A stretch of DNA of 63,439 nt, counting the filler, from Nemertoderma westbladi (taxonomy: Eukaryota; Animalia; Xenacoelomorpha): NCBI GenBank assembly GCA_032718475.1. It is 5 parts of 5 records of this genome, joined end to end, with 100 filler letters (N's around TTAATTAATTAA, not from the genome) between each part and the next. Parts side by side here need not be neighbours in the genome. Positions count along the whole stretch, not along the records: positions 53,974 to 63,439 come from JAUCBJ010005256.1; 4 more parts are not named here. One strand, given 5' to 3'. The notes beneath the pieces are model-generated. The model saw only the letters and a list, made by a program, of their open reading frames with translations, had not been told where the DNA came from and searched no databases. The position numbers and the translations under genes were made by a program. Below are positions 59,901 through 63,439 of the stretch, piece after piece (position 1 is the first letter of the stretch; every line of letters begins with the position of its first letter).

Positions 59901-60658
59901 GGGTGCACAGGTTGAATGGGTCCAGGTGCCGCTGGGTGAATGGGTTCTGGTGCCGCTGGTTGAATGGCTCCTGGTGCCACAGGTTGAATGGGTCCGGGTA
60001 CCGCTGGTTGAAAGAGTCTGGGTGCCACTGGTTGAAAGTATCCAGGTGCCACAGGTTGAATGGGTCCGGGTGCCGCTGGTTGAAAGTGTCCGGGTACCGC
60101 TGGTTGAATGGGTCCGGGTGCCACAGGTTGAATGTGTCCGGGTGCCGCTGGTTGAAAGTGTCCGGGTGCCACAGGTTGAATTGAATGGGTCCGGGTGCCA
60201 CAGGTTGAATGAGTCTGGGTGCCGCTGGTTGAAAGTGTCCGGGTGCCACAGGTTGAATTGAATGGGTTCGGTTGCCGCTGGATGAATGGGTCCTGGGGTG
60301 CCACAGGTTGAATGGGTCCGGGTGCCGCTGGTTGAATGGGTCCTGGTGCCGCTGGTTGAATGGGTCCGGGTGCCGCTGGTTGAAAGTGTCCGGGTGCCGC
60401 TGGTTGAATGGGTCCGGGTGCCGCTGGTTGAAAGTGTCCGGGTGCCACAGGTTGAATTGAATTGGGTTCGGTTGCCGCTGGATGAATGGGTCCTAGTGCC
60501 ACAGGTTGAATGGGTCTGGGTGACGCTGGTTGAATGGGTCCTGGTGCCGTTGGTTGAAAGTGTCCAGGTGCCACAGGTTAAATGGGTCCGGATGCCGCTG
60601 GTTGAATGGGTCCTGGTGCCGTTGGTTGAAAGTGTCCGGGTTCTGCTGGCTGAATGGG
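53974..60658. repeat. 24-bp GC-rich satellite, about 275 units, with a 2143-bp internal duplication
   Basis: Unit GAATGGGTCCGGGTGCC(G/A)CTGGTT. Diagnostic variants such as CCTGACTCCTG recur at about 56887 and 59030. Confidence 0.98.
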
Positions 60659-63140
60659 CAGCACGACATTGTGTCCAATATGGTGCGCTTGCCGACACAC
60701 ATTACCTCACTACCTCCATAGGTATGGCTCCATCGTCGACCGTCGTGTCCAAAGAATTTCAGGAAATTGTAGTACTGAATCAGGTCATGTTCAACAACAT
60801 CTACTCTTCTTCTGAGCTGGATTTCATTTGGGCCGCGTTCCTCGAGTTGAGTGATGCGTATAAGAGCATTACGCTGTTCTTTCTGAACTTCCGTGAGCCA
60901 CACAGCAAAGTTAGGTCGAATATGCATAAATACATCACTCTTGAGGCGATTATGGTAGGTAGCCTTCGGCAAAATTTGTGGTTCGGGGGCCATCAATCAG
61001 CCAATGGCACCATAAATCGGGCATCTTCATGCAATAACCAACAAAGTAGTTTCCAAAGTGATGCAAGCGGCAACCACATTATCTGGTTGATCGATGGGAG
61101 GATTTAAAACAAGATGATTGATGAAGTGTGGTATAGCTCCTAACGGAAGCATACTGGAACCAATAAACAAACTGACATGCAAACGTGATTACCGTACCTG
61201 TTGTAACAACATAAGCTGTTGAGACGATGTGTATAGTATAGATGGTGGAGTATTCACATCACCATTGGCGACCACGCAGATCTCTCATTCGGTGGTATAG
61301 CATTCATATTTAGCAGAAACATTTCATTGTGAGCTAAATCACGGGTTTCGAAATTTCGCGCGCGAATCTCTGGGATGTCACCCCAATATGTTGTTCCCCA
61401 ATATCAATGATGCGAGGCCACGATTCCTTACGGTTTTTATTGAACACGCGTCGAACTTTAGATCGTGAAGGTAGTTTAACCAGAACTCTTTCTGTTACGT
61501 CTGGTGTATCTCGAAACCGATTTCGAATTCTATATTCCCTATATTCTTGACGGGCTGTGACACGGGCTGTTTCATTATTACTTTGACCAAACAAATACGT
61601 GGATTATTCGGCTCATCGGGATCTGTTTTCCACCGCCTGTCAGCTATTGTTGCGTACGCAACAGGTTGAATTGCCGTTCCTGCAGCGCGATGCTTGTTGA
61701 CTATGTCACATTGCACACAAAGCATACTGGTACTGGTACTACCATCACAGTTGCTTCGTTACCTTGTAAATTGGTACGTTGTACCAGGATGCAACAAGCT
61801 GTGGAAGAATGCTACCTCTTTCTTAAAAACACTCAATCCAAAATTTACTGGTTGATTCATTGCTAGATGTAATTACGATCAAAACAGATAGGGGGGAACT
61901 ATACTTTTACTGTAAAAATAAAAAAAGAGAAAATGAAGTATAGTGTATAGAATTAACGCAACTGTCTCATTTATGTGATAAACTTTTTAGCCAAACAAAT
62001 TGACCCCTAAAAAATGTTGCGATTGAGTGTAAACTTTCCCACGACAATATCGTTTATAGTTATTCCTTATGATACAGCTCGTTGTTTAGTATAGGTTGTT
62101 CTTATAAATAAATTCACAAGCATCATATCATATTCGGGCTAAGAATACTCGCGGGCTAAGAATACCCACTGTGTGCGGGCTAAGAATTCCCTCCTGTTGC
62201 AGGCTAAGAATTTTCAACCTGCGGGCTAAGAATATCTTGTGTCAAGTAATTATCGCGGGCTAAGAAGACTCATTTTGCGGGCTAAGAATACCCACGGGCT
62301 AAGAATACACGCGGGCTAAGAATGATGATGATGATCGGCTTGCACTAGGGTGCAGTGCCGGCGGCCCCAGAAACATAGCGCCCCCAGATCTTGCGGTCAG
62401 CCATACAATTTCCTAATTCATTCCTGTTCTCAAGTCCTGTGTCCTTGAGGAGGCGTTTGAGGAAAGTCATTGGCTGTCCACCACGTCTATTCTCGCCAGC
62501 AGGCTGCCACAGCACAAGGTTGTGTACAGGTTGATCCTGCCGGCGGAAACAGTGCCCAGCAAGCATTAGACGGCGTTTCTGCAGGGTGATGCTAGGTCTT
62601 GGCAATGAGATGTTACCATATTTATATAACACCTCATTGCTTATGTGTGCATCATATGCTATGTTGTGCACCCGGCGAAGCATCCTGGTGTATGTGCCAT
62701 CCAAGGACCTGGTGTCTTCAGCAGTTAGAGCCCAGCATGGGCTGCCATAGAGCAGCACAGGCTCCACTGCTGCACGGCAAAGGCGTACCTTTAAAGAGCA
62801 TGAGATGTCAGAGCTCTTCCAGATCCTGGATAGCTTGTGGATTGCGGACCAGGCTTTCCCTTTGCGAATTCGGAGATCTTCATCAGACCTCCGAACCCAT
62901 GATCCAAGGTAGCAGAAGTCGTTCACATGACTTACCAGTCCATCCAGCGATTGAATGTTATCCCGATCAATTTTCTGCTGATCTGAATCCATGTTTACTG
63001 TCAGAATTTTGGTCTTTGTGCTATTCACAAAGAGGCCAACACTAGATGCAAGTAATTATCCCGGGCTAAGAAGACTCATTTTGCGGGCTAAGAATACACG
63101 CGGGCTAAGAATACTCGCGAGCTATGAATTCCTGAGACCC
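60659..63140 (-). mobile_element. Internally deleted Mutator-like (MULE) DNA transposon with a repeat-rich terminus
   Basis: Minus strand DGPRTTNFAEG[fs]YHNRLK...HIRPNFAVWLTEVQKEQ (MULE catalytic-E region) and an N-terminal CxxC...DP..C zinc-type segment (61590-61725). No D,D core is visible. More than 10 GGGCTAAGAA motifs at 62135-63130. Confidence 0.7.
62324..63048 (-). mobile_element. RTE family C 3' fragment with an (ATC)n tail and long flanking direct repeats
   Basis: ORF 62345-63028 (FCYLGSW, PVLLYGSPCWAL, LAGHCFRR) is related to but distinct from family A. Flanks 62243-62323 and 63049-63112 are duplicated. Confidence 0.9.
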
Positions 63141-63439
63141 CTGTGGCGTGTTTTTGCAAAGCGTCTATGCCCGAATTATCTTAAGAAAGAAGCTGATATA
63201 GAATATAATATAGAGGCTGAGTTTGCAAAAACTTAATAGTTTGTAGATTCAGATCAGAGAAACTGTATCATCACTAACCTCTCTTATTGCGACTCTTTAA
63301 AGTTAATAATCAGCTGAAACAATAAGTTGTAACCATTGGACACCGTAATTGTGGAATTGAGGAACGATTTCTATTGGTCAGTGAGGATTATGTAACATCA
63401 CAAACTATAGAATTATATTCCCTAAATGCCGTGGATTTT

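Noticed and set aside
53918-60698. Very long repetitive ORFs (up to 1051 aa) suggesting a mucin- or collagen-like gene
   Set aside because: The unit lacks stops in five frames and indels switch frames freely, so ORF length is not evidence of coding.

Overview
Repeat-dense eukaryotic (most likely invertebrate metazoan) genomic scaffold with four artificial 100-bp gap linkers. There is one clear host-type gene, an intronless and divergent KLHL20/diablo-like BTB-BACK-Kelch ORF (11584-13335), and one candidate 81-aa secreted peptide ORF (19644-19889, minus). The rest is mobile DNA. It includes at least three RTE-clade LINE families (nested, inverted and truncated copies), a ~495-bp non-autonomous RTE derivative with a TSD, and a decayed Penelope-like element (RT, Cys-rich linker, GIY-YIG) with a degenerate hammerhead motif. 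It also includes Gypsy gag and integrase remnants, an internally deleted Mutator-like element, a piggyBac-like non-autonomous element, tRNA-derived repeats, and two large satellites (62/63-bp and 24-bp units). The most novel-looking signal is a covarying pseudoknotted RNA motif just behind a (CAGGT)n 5' terminus. It is shared by two otherwise dissimilar RTE-lineage elements and is a candidate undescribed ribozyme or structured 5' leader. All family calls come from motif recognition by eye; no database searches were run.
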